Positions 12,175-24,410 of a stretch of 64,000 nucleotides of DNA are shown here, piece by piece (position 1 is the stretch's first letter; each line of letters opens with the position of its first letter). Source of the stretch: Hydrolagus affinis. Its lineage: Eukaryota. The stretch is taken from NCBI GenBank assembly GCA_012026655.1, contig JAAILG010000195.1, positions 1 to 64,000 of the forward strand. The letters run 5' to 3'. A program made the position numbers and the translations under genes. Under the pieces are notes generated by a model, which worked only from the letters and a program-made list of their open reading frames with translations, was not told where the DNA came from and ran no database searches.

Positions 12175-12505
12175 ATGGAAACTGGATGCTGGAATTGCAC
12201 AGAAAGTCTGATTATTTGTAAGAAAAAATTAGGTTAACATTTTAGGTGTGGAATTTCATCAAAGCTACCATTGTCGCCAAAATGTTAGCCCACCTCTATG
12301 TTATCTACAGGCTAATATAATTGACTGACTTGTATACTTAACAGACCTGCTATACATTTGTTTGATTCCTGTACATTTGATTGGCTTATTGTACATTTGA
12401 CTGACCTGCTGTAAATGTATCTGATTTGGTTTACATTTGACTCTTCTGTTGCATATCATCTGTATATTTCTAGTATTTTCTCTATTTTTTCAGATTTCCA
12501 CATTC
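12175..12505. mobile_element. Highly degraded Penelope-like inverted terminal repeat with an internal roughly 20-bp tandem array
   Basis: ATGCTGGAA..CACAG..GTTAACATTTTAGG on the left and ..TTTCTAGTATTTTCT..TTTTTCAGATTTCCA on the right resemble the two arms of the 33388-33632 element; TTGACTGACCTGCTGTACA-like repeats lie at 12320-12450. Confidence 0.4.
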
Positions 12506-12786
12506 ACACTTCTCTCCACCTCCAGCACCGATTTCCCAGCAGCCTGAGTTAAAATAATGAACAATATAAACTTTAAAACCTCGTCTTGAGTTCCACTCAT
12601 TATTTTTATGACCCATCCTGTTCATTTTGTATGTGCAACAGTTAAAAGTCGTCAGAAATAGAAGTTGATATTACTCAAATATGACATACAAAATTTTAAA
12701 TCAGGAAAAATAATTCTTACCATTGGAGTTTGTGGACTGTGCCCACGTTGTCACTTTGTCTGAATAGTGTTTTAAGTTGTAAAATG

Positions 12787-12950
12787 ATAATTGTAATCCT
12801 TGCTTTTGATATAGTGCCTTATCATACCATTGACATTTCTCAAAGTGCTTCACAGAATTTACTGCACAATGTAGTGAGTGTGAATTTTGCAGGCAAATGT
12901 GACAGCCAACTTGCGCAAGGCAATGTCGCCCAAACAGCAATGAAGTGAAT
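12787..12950 (-). mobile_element. SINE 3' half
   Basis: TAATCCTTGCTTTTGATATAGTGCCTTATCA..CAAAGTGCTTCACAGAA..CAGCCAA is the reverse complement of the family tail. Confidence 0.75.
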
Positions 12951-13769
12951 TAGAGTGGAGGAAGGAATGGTGTATTTACACAACAGGCAATATGTTGTAC
13001 TGTGTTTACCAGTGGGTGCCAACACCAGGCCAAAAGTGGCCCGCAATCCATCAAGATGCAGCCCTGAACATTTGCATTAATCCAGGTAAGTCAGTGTTTA
13101 ATTACTTAATGTCTTTCCAGATTTTTGTCATTGAATTTTGCTTATTTATGGTAAAAAAAATCAAGAAATATTCAATCAACAAAATGTAATTTATGAATTC
13201 TAATTCATAAAGATCTAAAACATAGAGGTTAGCCACCATTGGTGAAAAACAGCTTTCTGCACCTATTCTGAATCCAGTGACATACTGAATCATAGTGACA
13301 TACTTTATTATATATCCCGTGAAAGGCTTTGATACTTCCTCCTGATGTGGAAGGCGCTATACCATAATGGAAGATCTATTATTATTATTATTATAAGCTT
13401 CTAATATCTAAGTTACAAAAACTACCAATGAAAAGTTGTAACCATGTTGAACAAATTAGATGGAACTTTACTGTGTACAATTCTCATTGCCAGTGTACTT
13501 AGACTATTGCAGTGGAAGAACATTTGTTACTTAGTCTCAACTTGTCAGGGTCTATTTGTAGACTTACATTTTGTAATACAAAATGTATTACAGGTAGACC
13601 CCGCTTACTGAACACCCGCTTACCGAAACTTCACCATAACGAGGGTTTCTATTTCTACCACTTCTCCGCTTAACAAAGGCTGCTTTCGCTATAACGAATG
13701 TTTATACACACTTTAAATCTCGCGGGCTACTCGTGCGTAGCTTCTCATGCGCAGCTTCTCTCTGGTTGC

Positions 13770-13869
13770 NNNNNNNNNNNNNNNNNNNNNNNNNNNNNNN
13801 NNNNNNNNNNNNNNNNNNNNNNNNNNNNNNNNNNNNNNNNNNNNNNNNNNNNNNNNNNNNNNNNNNNNN
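13770..13869. other. Assembly gap (100 N)
   Basis: Run of N, followed by a purine-rich low-complexity tract (13870-13995). Confidence 0.99.
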
Positions 13870-13999
13870 AGAGAGGAAGTGGGATAGAGAGAAAGAGAGG
13901 GGGGGATAGAGAGATAGAGAGTGGGGGTGGGGGGTAGAGAGAAAGAGAGGAGGAGCGGGTAGAAGAAAGAGAGGAGGGGGAGGAAGAAAGAAGAGCATC

Positions 14000-14150
14000 A
14001 TGTGTCCTGAAATGCCTGGGTCCAGGTTGCAATATTTCAGTCCGGTGACTGTGCAGACCTGGCCTGGAGCAGGGAGAATTGGCATTTTTATTCCTGCAAT
14101 TTTTGTCACATTCCGGATTCCGGAACTCCGGACTTTGGCTGCTGAACCTG
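14000..14150. mobile_element. Terminus of a second Tigger-like element nested in the first
   Basis: Ends CATTCCGGATTCCGGAACTCCGGACTTTGGCTGCTGAACCTG followed by TA. The reverse complement CAGGTTCAGCAGCC..TCCGGA repeats resembles Tigger4/Zombi-type termini. The partner end is not visible. Confidence 0.5.
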
Positions 14151-14338
14151 TACACTGAAAATGTTAGCGCTAGGAACTGCTAGGAACTAAACTGATTTTA
14201 GTGGGGAGGTTTGGGTCGGGGCGGAGTTTTGGTTGCGGCCAAATACAATAATACAGTTAAACTCTCGCTTAACAAAATTGTCGCTTAACGAAGGGTTTTA
14301 AAGTCTCTCACCCTTTTGTTAAGCGGGATCTACCTGTA

Positions 14339-14619
14339 CAGGTGTGAGACCTGTGTTCGAATTCAGGCAGGGCGAAACCTTGGGCAAGTTTCCTTACTCC
14401 ACATGCTTACTAATAATCCCTTTTTAAAAAAAATTCTAGTAAATTGGTCATTTCAATCCACGACTGTTTGTGGGATACTGCTGTCCGCAACTGGCTGTCA
14501 CATTTTGCCCACAAATGTACACTCAATACACTTTACAGTATATTCTGTGAAGCACTTTTAGACATCTAGAAGACGTGAAAAGTGCTACATCAAATGCAAG
14601 GATTATTATTATTATTATT
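14339..14619 (+). mobile_element. SINE family A, short variant, missing the first part of its head
   Basis: GAGACCTGTGTTCGAATTC B-box, CCTTGGGCAAGTTTCCTTACTCCAC, body, and ATCAAATGCAAGG(ATT)n tail. Confidence 0.9.
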
Positions 14620-15183
14620 TGCACATTACCCAAGATGCTGTTTTCTGAGCAGAGACTCTTTTATCTGTAATTTGTGCTGGAATATTGTACCACCTTCTCT
14701 TGGCTTTATTGCTTTATTCTTTGGAATATGGCATTGCTGTGCAAGAATTCTTGTATTCCCTCAAGCACACACCTCCTGTAGAATAAGAAATCTTAAAGTA
14801 AGTCTGTCTTGCTTCGAATTGTTGACTTTCAAACACTCGATCAGTTATGTTACAAAATAGCACCAACAATAAAAAAAAGTCTAGCTTTTTGGAAACGTAT
14901 CATCCATCTGGCCAATGTGGCGAGTGAAAGGACAAAACCTATACTCGGGTCATGTTAATAGCCACGACCAGTTAACTATAATGGTGATACATGAAGTGTA
15001 CAAACTACAGTACAGTACTAAAATCACTGTTCAGTTTGTTTGCTGACTCCTTAATAATCTCTTTGCAATATTCACCTACAAATACACAGTTATCACACTT
15101 CACAGAAACATTTTGAACTATTTTGAAGTTAGAGGCACTAAACCAAATGTAATCACTGTTTTTCATGTTTTGCACACAAATTA

Positions 15184-15275
15184 TAGTCAATTCACTTCAC
15201 AGTATATTCTATGAAGCGCTTTAAGACATCTCAAAGACATAACAAGGCTCTACATTAAATACAAAGATTATTACT
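15184..15275 (+). mobile_element. SINE family A 3' tail fragment
   Basis: GTCAATTCACTTCACAGTATATTCTATGAAGCGCTTTAAGACATC...GATTATT. Confidence 0.8.
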
Positions 15276-15879
15276 ATATTATTAAGTTCTAATGGTGTAG
15301 CCACATGCAGTGGACAACTGTAGATGAGACAGAAGATGTATAAACACAATGTTGTTATCAATTATTATTGAGAAAACTAAAAGATTTGAGTATAATTTTT
15401 TATCTCTGTGAGTGCATGCACAAAAATGAGGCCAATAGTTTGGCAAATAGTTTATAAAAACAGCTCAGTATTCAAATTAACCATTAATGAATCAGGAGGG
15501 GCATTTCCACCAGTCCCATATTTGCCTGGGAGGAATAACTGAGTGAAGCATGTTACAACTAAATGGTAATTGTTTCATGTATTTCATTTCTGCAAACAAT
15601 TCAGCTGCATAGTTAGGGCACAGGGGACTTTTCTTTATTTTGTGATTTCATCAAACACGAAGGAAGAACAGAACCGGAAAAAAAAACATTGTCTGACTAT
15701 ACAGTTTTTGCCAAAGCAGAATTTAATATGAAAACTATGAGGGATGGACATGTGCCATTACAATTGTGCTTATCTGTTCAGAACCCAGTAACTCCATGCC
15801 TGTGAGCCCTATTTTCCTGCCAGGAATTCAACATATTCTGCAAATACTACTATTTTCACTTTACATGGAGGATAACAAA

Positions 15880-16056
15880 AAATAATAATGATAACAGTCC
15901 TTGTCTTAGATATTGTGCCTTTTACGTCCAGAAGGATATACTATATAATTCAGAAGGATTTACTGTATAGTGACTGAGTATTTTGTCAACTAATGCAACA
16001 GCCAATTTGTGCACAGCAATGCCCCACAAACAACCATAAAGGGAATGACCAATTTT
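15880..16056 (-). mobile_element. Old Deu-type SINE 3' half
   Basis: CAGCCAATTTGTGCACAGCAATGCCCCACAAAC..GAATGACCAATT plus an AAT-repeat tail. Confidence 0.6.
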
Positions 16057-16341
16057 ATTGGAAGTTAAATTTTTGCTCAAAATAGCAATAAAATGATTCC
16101 TACTGAACTAAAATGTCTTGAGGCAATAGCATATCATTACATGGAGCGAACAACATTAATGACATGTGGCCATTGTTACTGGATCAAGACAGACCACAGG
16201 CCACATACTTAACAATACATTTAACAATAGTAGGCATTTTAAATGGAATTAAGTTAGTAACTAGTTGAAAATGGTGTGTTTTTAATATATCACCTCAAAA
16301 TAATTATCATATTTTAAATTGGATACTCATACATTGTTATT

Positions 16342-16595
16342 GGAGCTGTAGCTCAGTGGTTAGAGCACTCGCTTTACAAGCGAGAGACCTGAGCTTGATT
16401 CCCCGCAGGGTGAAACCTTGGACAAGTTTCCTTACTCTACATGCCTGATAATAATCCCTTAAAAAAAAATGTGGTCATTTCAATCCACTACAGTTTGTAC
16501 AGTCAATTCACTTTACAGTATATTCTATGAAGCACTTTGAGATGTTTAAAAGATGTGAAAGTGCTATATCAAATGCAAGGATTATTACTATTATT
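16342..16595 (+). mobile_element. SINE family A, short variant with internal deletion and an intact tRNA-like head
   Basis: GTAGCTCAGTGGTTAGAGCA A-box, anticodon arm CTCGC-TTTACAA-GCGAG, degenerate B-box, and (ATT)n tail. Confidence 0.9.
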
Positions 16596-16796
16596 ACACA
16601 TTTGAAAATGTATTGGATACAACAAATAAGAGAAGTTTTAAAATGGTGTAAAATGGTTTTAAAATAGTGTAAAAAATTGTTTACTGTATTATGGATGCTT
16701 AAAATGTACAAATAGCCATGAGTATATAAATGCAGCATAATTTTATGTTTAAAAAGTAACATGCAAAATGATATTGCGAGTTAAAAATATATAGAT

Positions 16797-17127
16797 TTTC
16801 TGGTCTGGAATGCAGTGCCTGAAAGGCTGATGGAAACAGATTTGATAATGGTTTTCGAAAGGTTATTCAATAGGTATTTCAAAAGGAAAAATATGCAATG
16901 CTATTGGGTAAGAGCGAGGGAGTGGGCCAACAACCACAACTTGTAGTTATATTAGCATCCTTTACACAAGGTAACATCCCAGAGTGTTTGACAGTGACAG
17001 AGTCTGACCCTGAGGGAGGGGGGAGGTACCCTTGAGCACTATTATTTGATAACTCTTTCAAAGCACTGATACAGGCACAATGGGCCAAATAGCCTCCTTT
17101 TGTGCTATAAGATTGTGTGATTCTATG
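16797..17127 (+). mobile_element. CR1 LINE 3' end with a minus-strand L2 tail inserted at about 16928-17035
   Basis: TCTGGAATGCAGTGCCTGAAAGG..GGAAACAG, then GCACAATGGGCCAAATAGCCTCCTTTTGTGCTATAAGATT..GATTCTATG, the CR1 stem-loop and tail. Confidence 0.8.
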
Positions 17128-18227
17128 AAGGGCCAAATCCATAGGGCCAATCAGAAAGCAATTTGCATTTTGTTGCCCGTTTTGATTCCGTCAGTTTGAC
17201 ACATGCATTTTTTTCTCTTGCAAGTTCCTTTTCTGAAACAATGCTTTTTTTAAAAAATATATAAAAACTGCAGTGAGATTGACAAAAAAAAATAGAAATC
17301 CTATTGAAAGTAAGAGGTGAACATGCTGCAAGCAGGAAGTAAAGCTCAGTTTATAAGTTTCCCTCAAGTAACTGCACAAAAGGAGTGTTGAGTTTTTTTA
17401 AAAAAATTGTTCTTTCATAATTAAATTATTCTGGAACACATTGTTCCTAAACATTTACACCAATTCTGGCAGACCTTGCGTACAAACAATTTGATATCTC
17501 ATTTTCTCAAACTCTACATTGGATTACTGATTCTCGAGATTCACATTATGGCTCCATGTATGAGGTGGGGATTAACATGTTGTGCGTAGTATAATGCACT
17601 TGAAGCAACAAATAACAAATATGTCCACTGAAATGTAATTGCAGAAATGATTCTCAAATTCTTTAAACAGTTTGAACCTGATAAACATAAAAGTTAATTT
17701 GTGAGGAGACACGCATCAATATGATGCTTGCATTGGGAATTCTATGTGATGTGGAGGGAATGGGAAAGTTGGATTGAAATTCTATGCTACTATTAAACAA
17801 AGAGATTTAAGGCCTCACGTGCATCCCAACAACAACAACAATCTGGATTTATATAGCACCCTCCACGCCGGACATATCTGAAGAACCATGCAATCTGTCT
17901 CAATTTTGTAAATGGTTTTATTTAGCAAGTTTTTATTTCTACTGTAGATGAAGATTTGTTCAACTTATGGTAGCTTACAAAAAAAGTTAAGTAATTAAAT
18001 GTGTGAAAGTCTACACATTGCCATTAACAGAAATTATCTGTGAAGTTGTTTGAAATGTATTGATGTCATATTGTTTTATATTAAATGGAACAATTACTAT
18101 TACTACTTAGTTAGTTGTAATGCTTAGTGATGTAATTTATTTGTATTTTTTCAGATTCAATACAATCTATTTATACTACAGGCTTTATTGGAAATTTCTG
18201 TAAAGTAAAATGCAATAGCTACTGGAA

Positions 18228-18460
18228 TAGAAATTCCACCTGAGTCAAGATATATTCTAGTTATATAACCTTTAGAGAAGAATTTGGCAAATTCTGAATT
18301 ACACCCTTTATTTTGAAACTGGTTTCCTGTATGCTGATTTTAAAAATCTCTCTTTTTAAAAAAAAATGGCTTCAGCATTGGGGATGATTCAACAATTTGG
18401 CAAATTTTGGGTGCTCTAAAATGCTTTGTAAATAGAGTAAATCTAGATGAAATTTCACCC
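18228..18460. mobile_element. Old palindromic MITE-like element
   Basis: Left arm GAAATTCCA..AGAATTTGGCAAATTCTGAAT mirrors the right arm ATTCAACAATTTGGCAAATTTTGGG..GAGTAAATCTAGATGAAATTTC. Related copies at 36690 and 48245. Confidence 0.5.
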
Positions 18461-18837
18461 TAAGTGTGCATTGAGCATTTAGTGAATTTAGATTTGATAT
18501 ACGTATATTAGTTTGGTGTAATAAAACAATGCATCTAACTCTAAGAGCAATCTTACCCAGTAAGGAGGGACTCTAAGTCACTAGAATAAGTAAGAATATG
18601 GCTGAGCTCCACAATATTGACCTGTTGCAGTTCAGAGTTCTTGAAGAGCAGATAAGTCTGCTTGTTAGAAGAAATGTGTTACTAACTTGAAGAGGCAATA
18701 AAATCCCGATCGTCACCCAGCCTGACTGAGTTAACCAAGTTTGACTTCAAGGATCAATGCCATGTTTACCAGCAAAATTATTCCATTTATTTGTTTTAAT
18801 GTGCTATTTGTTTTAGTATTTAGTCTCCTCTCCAGGT

Positions 18838-18922
18838 TACTCTGCAGTATGCACCACTCAGCACCTTGGGACGTCCTCCCGATGTAAAATAAATGTAATT
18901 GTGTTGTTGTTGTTGTTGTTGT
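18838..18922 (+). mobile_element. L2 3' tail fragment
   Basis: CAGCACCTTGGGACGTCCTCCCGATGTAAAA..AAATGTAATT then (GTT)n. Confidence 0.7.
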
Positions 18923-20512
18923 CGCTGCTGCAGGATGATTGATTAGCCACCAAGTTTCCAACAAAGCTGTTGTGTAATCATCTACAAGGAGGATATGTAT
19001 GTGTAGCCTGGGTAGATAATTCCTCTTACTTCCTTCTCTTTTCCTCTATTATTATAATATTATTATTATTTTCCTCACTCTCACTCTGCATGTGAGGAAC
19101 TACCTAAACGATGGATATAATAATAATTCTTCCAATTGATATAGCACCTTTCACATCTCCTCATTACAAAGATACTAATTAATACTTATCCAGAATGAAC
19201 AAATTTGCTCTCTGGGAATATTTCATAACAATAATAATGTTCCACTGGGATTCTGCAATCACCTAAAAATTATGCTCTAATCGAATACCCACCAAATGAC
19301 ATATGCCTATCCATACCTACAATGAGAATACTAGTCAATTATCAGTAATAAATCATATAGTGTACAAACACTTTTATCATAGGGAAGACAACCAAATCCT
19401 CCAAATTGTGCAAAATACGAGGCGCTGGATTGAATTGAATTGAAAGCAGCAATTATGGTGCTGAAAGACAGCTGAAGAAAACTACAATTTCTGCTGTGTC
19501 TGAAGCTTTCCAGAAAAGGAGGTGTAGTATTTAGTCATCAGTCATGACCTGAGATCAAAATGCAGAGCAAATATTCCGGGCAGAGTGCGTTCAGAATCCA
19601 TTGCCTACACTGCCCAGAATATTTTTCCCCAAATTCAGAACTGATTTTAGAAGCATTCAGTGGTTACTTGTCAGTGATATTGAATGTGCAGTGCTAACAA
19701 GATAAAAATATAATAATTTAGCATCAAATTAATGTCCTTCATTGGTTGAGGTATAATGCTGAAAGTAACTATTTTATAGCAATAATAATCTTATAAACAA
19801 ATTCAACCCACAAACTAACTTTGTGTTGAAAGTGATGAATGAATAAGTGAACGCTCTAACTTTCCTGTCATTTATCATACACATCTCTATCTGCAGGTTA
19901 TACAGATTAAATTAATTAGCATCCACGGTAATCCAATACAACATGTGACTGCAATAATTTAAATGCAACATATCTTTTTGAGTGAGGCTTCTGTTTGCAA
20001 GGGATGAAAGTGCTGTCCTTAGAACTGAAATTACAAGCAGATTGGGGCAAAATCCAACGAAGAATTGTCAGACAGAACAGTTTACTGAATTTAGTGCATT
20101 TTCTGTGTAATAGGAAAAGATAGATATTAAATTGTGATTTTTATAATATATCCATGAAAATAGCATTTGCTTTGAGCATTTCCTGTGTGTTGGAAATTCT
20201 TGTTTTTAGATGGATTCTGTTGAGAAACAGTAAATCAAGACTAGAGGTTGTGTTTCTCAGTGTTTGTTCCAGGAGAGGATTGATAAGATTCTAAGAAAGT
20301 TGTGATTTTTCTGTCCAAATGGTGCAGGCACAGTTTGTTACAGTTGTCATTTTGGTGAGGTCAGTTCAAGTACCAAGGCAACTCTAAAGGCAACTCTTGA
20401 AGCATCTCTAAAAAGGTTGTGGTGTATATTAAATTGATTCTCGCAGCTTGGTGACAGCCTGCGCTACTCCTACTAATATTACTAATAATAATAACAATTG
20501 GTTTCAGTGCAG

Positions 20513-20817
20513 ATAATAATAATAATCCTTGCATTTGTTATAGTGCTTTTCACGTCTTCCAGATGTCTCAAAGTGCTTCACAGAATATCCTATAAAGTGA
20601 ATTGACTGTATATTTGTAGGCAATATGCGGCAGTCAATTGTGCACAATTGTGTCCCACAAACAGTCATGGACTGAAATGACCAATTTCTTTTTGAGGGAT
20701 TATTATCAGGTGTGTGGAGTAAGGAAACTTTCCCAAGGTTTACACCCTGCCAGGAATCGAACCCAGGTTTCTCGGTTGTAAGGTGAGTGCTCTAACCATT
20801 GAGCCAAAGGACTCCAC
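20513..20817 (-). mobile_element. Full-length SINE family A, short variant
   Basis: Complete head (GTGGAGTCC..GGTTAGAGCACTC..GGGTTCGATTCC), body and (ATT)n tail on the minus strand. Confidence 0.92.
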
Positions 20818-21468
20818 AAAAGCACTTTGAGTTACTGTCATGCATGAAGCTTGCAAGCTGTTGTTGTTGATTCATTTATTGTGGGCTCCCATTGCATTTG
20901 TCTCAACATAGAACAAGGGAATTAACTCCTGCAACGATTTTGCACTGAGATACACATACAATCTAGCCAAATTTCACTTAAATAATTTTAAAGAAACAGA
21001 TGTCAAACTCCTTTAAGGCAATTGTAGGTAAGATATCAATTCCGTGTAATGCACAGCTCCTTTGGCAATGTTCAACTACAATGTAGGATGACCATATTTT
21101 GTAATCCAAATCTGGAGACACATGTAAAATAAATTGAACTCACCACAATTCCTAATGCTGGCACTGCTGGAGAAACATGTTGGATTAATGACTGTATTTC
21201 TCAGAATATATTTGTTGTAGAATGTTATTGTTCTTGCTCAATTTGTTGCTGAACTCAAAACAGGGCAAATTTGTCCAGGGACACAATACCTCAACCAGGT
21301 ATTGTATCTGGAATTCAGGAAAGTATGGTCACCCTGTGATAATGGGAAATCTCATTAAAGGTTGGCATCATCTAATGCTGAACTTAATTTTACCACAGAG
21401 CAGACATTGCAGAGTAACTGAACAGTTTTTGACAACCAAGCAGGCAACAGCTCTTCACCAGTTGCCTT

Positions 21469-21684
21469 ATAATAATAATAATAATAATCCTTGCATTTGA
21501 TTTAGCACTTTTCACATTTCTTGATGTCTCAAAGCGCTTCACAGAATATACAGTAAAGTGAATTGACTGTATATTTGTGGGTGAATCGTGGCAGCCAATT
21601 GTGCACAGAAGTGTTCCACAAACAATCATACATTGAAGGACTAATTAGTTATTGTTTTTTTTTGAGGGATTATTATTATTAGGC
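21469..21684 (-). mobile_element. 5'-truncated SINE family A
   Basis: (AAT)n CCTTGCATTTGA..AAGCGCTTCACAGAATATA..GGCAGCCAATTG..GAGGGATTATTA. Confidence 0.88.
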
Positions 21685-22204
21685 TTCTCAAAGTAATATT
21701 AGACAAACTCCAGTAGTTCCTTAGAAAACCATTCCTTCAGGTTTGCTATCTAACTTGGGCAAAATTTTATGACGGCAGATTTTTAAAGTTTGAATGTTTA
21801 ATCACCAGACTCAAAACACCGAGGAGAAATTATGGGATCAAGAAGTGCTCTCTGGCACTGTCAATATGCACCCATACTCTTCTTTTCAAATATTTGATAC
21901 AATTCCATTATTAAAACTCTGCGTTTCCTGTTTCAACCAACCAACTTTTTGGAAGGACATTCTATATCCGAGTAACCCAATGTGTAAACAAATCAATTGT
22001 GTGAGGTTTGCCAGCTGTAATGGTTATAACTGAAATTATATTACATCGCAGATTGGGACAAAACAGGACCTTCTTCATTCCAAACCAATATTGTGATCTT
22101 GTATAATTTAACAATATTCAACTGGTGAAGCCTTGGATTGTTGAAATGCAGATGAAATCATTTTATTTCTTTATAAAATTAAAAATAAACCTGAAACTAA
22201 GGGA

Positions 22205-22298
22205 TTATTTTCACTTTGTTGGTAAATTCACTGACCATTGTCTGTTTCTGGTTGTGAGTGTTAAGCACTGGTCAATTTACCAACAAAGGAAAAAATAA
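22205..22298. repeat. Imperfect inverted repeat (about 30-bp arms)
   Basis: TTATTTTCACTTTGTTGGTAAATTCACTGACCA pairs with TGGTCAATTTACCAACAAAGGAAAAAATAA. Confidence 0.8.
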
Positions 22299-22311
22299 AC
22301 TTTAAAATGTT

Positions 22312-22410
22312 CAACAGCAACAAAATGACATTTGTATACAGCCTTTCACATCAGAGGATGTCTCAAGGTGCTGAATCAGTCTTTGAAGTAACAAATACTT
22401 CAAAGACTGA
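22312..22410 (-). mobile_element. L2 tail fragment with a perfect 15-bp hairpin at its truncation junction
   Basis: CAACAGCAACAAAATGACATTTGTATACAGCCTTTCACATCAGAGGATGTC; hairpin TCAGTCTTTGAAGTA-ACAAA-TACTTCAAAGACTGA at 22376-22410. Confidence 0.7.
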
Positions 22411-24410
22411 GAGAAATAAAGACTGACTTGTTAAAAATTAAGGAAATGCAATCTTACGATTTTTTAAATAATGCAGTGTTTTTACATAAGAAACATTAAG
22501 GTTTAAATATAAATTCTGATTGTTGTAATTTTCAAGCAGACATCTTACACACAACAAAGTCAGCCAGGAATACAATTTCACCTTGAGTTGAACATTGTTA
22601 CTATTTGTTCATTTCAAGTGTGTCCTCTGTGGAAAATGTCATAGACAATGAGTAAATGTCATGATCCAGAAACACAAAAGGTTAACAACGAGTTAAGCCC
22701 ACAGAAATAACTTTAGTGATCAATAAAGATTAAATGTTCTACCTTATGATGGCTCTGCAACTTTTGTTCTGTCATCTGTGTGCTGGAAAATTATCATAAA
22801 ATTTTTAAAGATGTCCTCAGTGCAGAATATGTCTATGAAATATTAAATATTCAATTTTCCTCTATCATGGCTGGAAACATTCATAATTATATGATGATTC
22901 ACATAATAACTCATTCTGAAAAGTCATAAATGGCACTCCCTCTGCGACAAAGTTAATAATTTACTGCCATTCAGGATTTTTCTCTATGCAGTGTTGGTCT
23001 TGTGAACATTTATTAAGCAAATGTTCAGTTGAAGAGGTCACAATCTGAACCACGCTTTCAAGAACAGTAGAGTAAGACTTTAATGAGGACTGACAGACAG
23101 GTGAGGTAAAGTTAGACATTTTTTAGTTTTGTCAATATTTTTTTTGTATACTGCTTGTGCAAAGAATGAGAAACTGTTAGAAAATTATCTGAAGAACATT
23201 AAATTGCAGTGGTTTCACTTTATTTATCATATGTTTCCACTGTATGAAATATATCAGGGAAATGGGTGCATTTAAAATGGCACCTAACAGGAATGAATTA
23301 AAATGAAATATTTGAAAAGAGAATTTTAGTGAAATCTTTCTCTTTTCTGCTGTTCATTGCTGTGGTTGCAATGATTTACTCCTAACAGTACTGTTTCCTG
23401 GTTGCTTTGAAAAGACTTGGAGGGTTTATGGCTCATGAGGTCTATGTATTTTAAAAAAAAACTTTCTTACTCTGGGATTGAACACTGCCAGGCAAAATAC
23501 CATGTGTGAAAAGTTAAGTCATTTACAGAATTCAAAGATTGTTTCAAAGTCAACTTTATTTTGATGTGGAAAATGAATAAAAACACTTTTTCCATGTTTT
23601 TCAAAGGGGAAAATAGTAAGAATATAAGCCATGTTTTATTGCCTCTGATTCAAACGCTTGAGGCGGTGAATTTAACAGAGTCCTTGGTCTGTGAGCAGAA
23701 TGATAAAGTCAGTGTGATACCGCCTTTTTCACAAGACAACATTTACCTGGGATGTGACCACATTTCACACATTAACATTCACACTTTCCTCTAGAATGGA
23801 ATTTCAGTTAAAAACACTAGAAATAAAATTAAAATAAGAACAGCCACCTCAGCATTCAAACACAGCCAATCTAAAACCACTAACTGACGCTTCCCAGTCA
23901 TGTGGTTCACAGTGTGTGCTTTTTGATGAATATGTCACAATTGTCAATACACTGTTAAGAATCATACGACCTGTTATAAACATCCGCATACCACTCCAGC
24001 ACACCTAGTTATAATGGCTCTCAAAGACTCTGTGGTCTACATTCATTTTTTAAAATGGCTAAATTCAAATATTAATTATTTTTCCCACCATCTTTGCATC
24101 ATAAAACAAATAGCAGACACATTTCATATTGCTAGGATTTTAAAGTCTCTTGTTTCTTTCAGCACAATAAAAACAGGCAGATTTATGTATATTCATTAAT
24201 TTCTTAAACACACTTTTATCTTTGCATTGGTTAATGTAATCCTAATGGCTTGGGAGTGTGCGGTAAAAGAGGCAGAAGCAGAACACCATTAAATCATCTC
24301 AAAATGTGTTCACTATTCAAACGATTTGAGGAATTAGAGAACATTAAAACTAATGACTGCTAATTATTATATCAAGTCTGAAATTACTCCTTGTTTTAGC
24401 TTGTGAGTCT

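Larger units (their letters stand above)
13591..14336. mobile_element. Tigger/pogo-like non-autonomous element spanning the assembly gap
   Basis: TIRs CAGGTAGACCCCGCTTA / TAAGCGGGATCTACCTG (17 bp, 1 mismatch), TA on both sides (13589-13590, 14337-14338), and repeated CGCTTAACGAA-like subterminal motifs at both ends. Confidence 0.8.

Noticed and set aside
13013-13085. 73-nt possible exon (TTTACCAG ... CAG/GTAAGT)
   Set aside because: Strong donor, but the peptide is unrecognisable, the length is not a multiple of 3 and it abuts a SINE; such site pairs occur by chance in 64 kb.
13698-14155. ORFs of 79-136 aa
   Set aside because: They run through the N gap and a low-complexity tract inside a MITE.
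14316-14561. Recurrent peptide HFTVYSVKRFE / YIKCKDYY in many ORFs (also 21390, 42970, 49400, 50135, 53637)
   Set aside because: Translation of the SINE A tail, not a protein family.
16342-16412. tRNA-Val/Ala gene
   Set aside because: Degenerate T-arm and continuous with the SINE body and tail; it is a SINE head.
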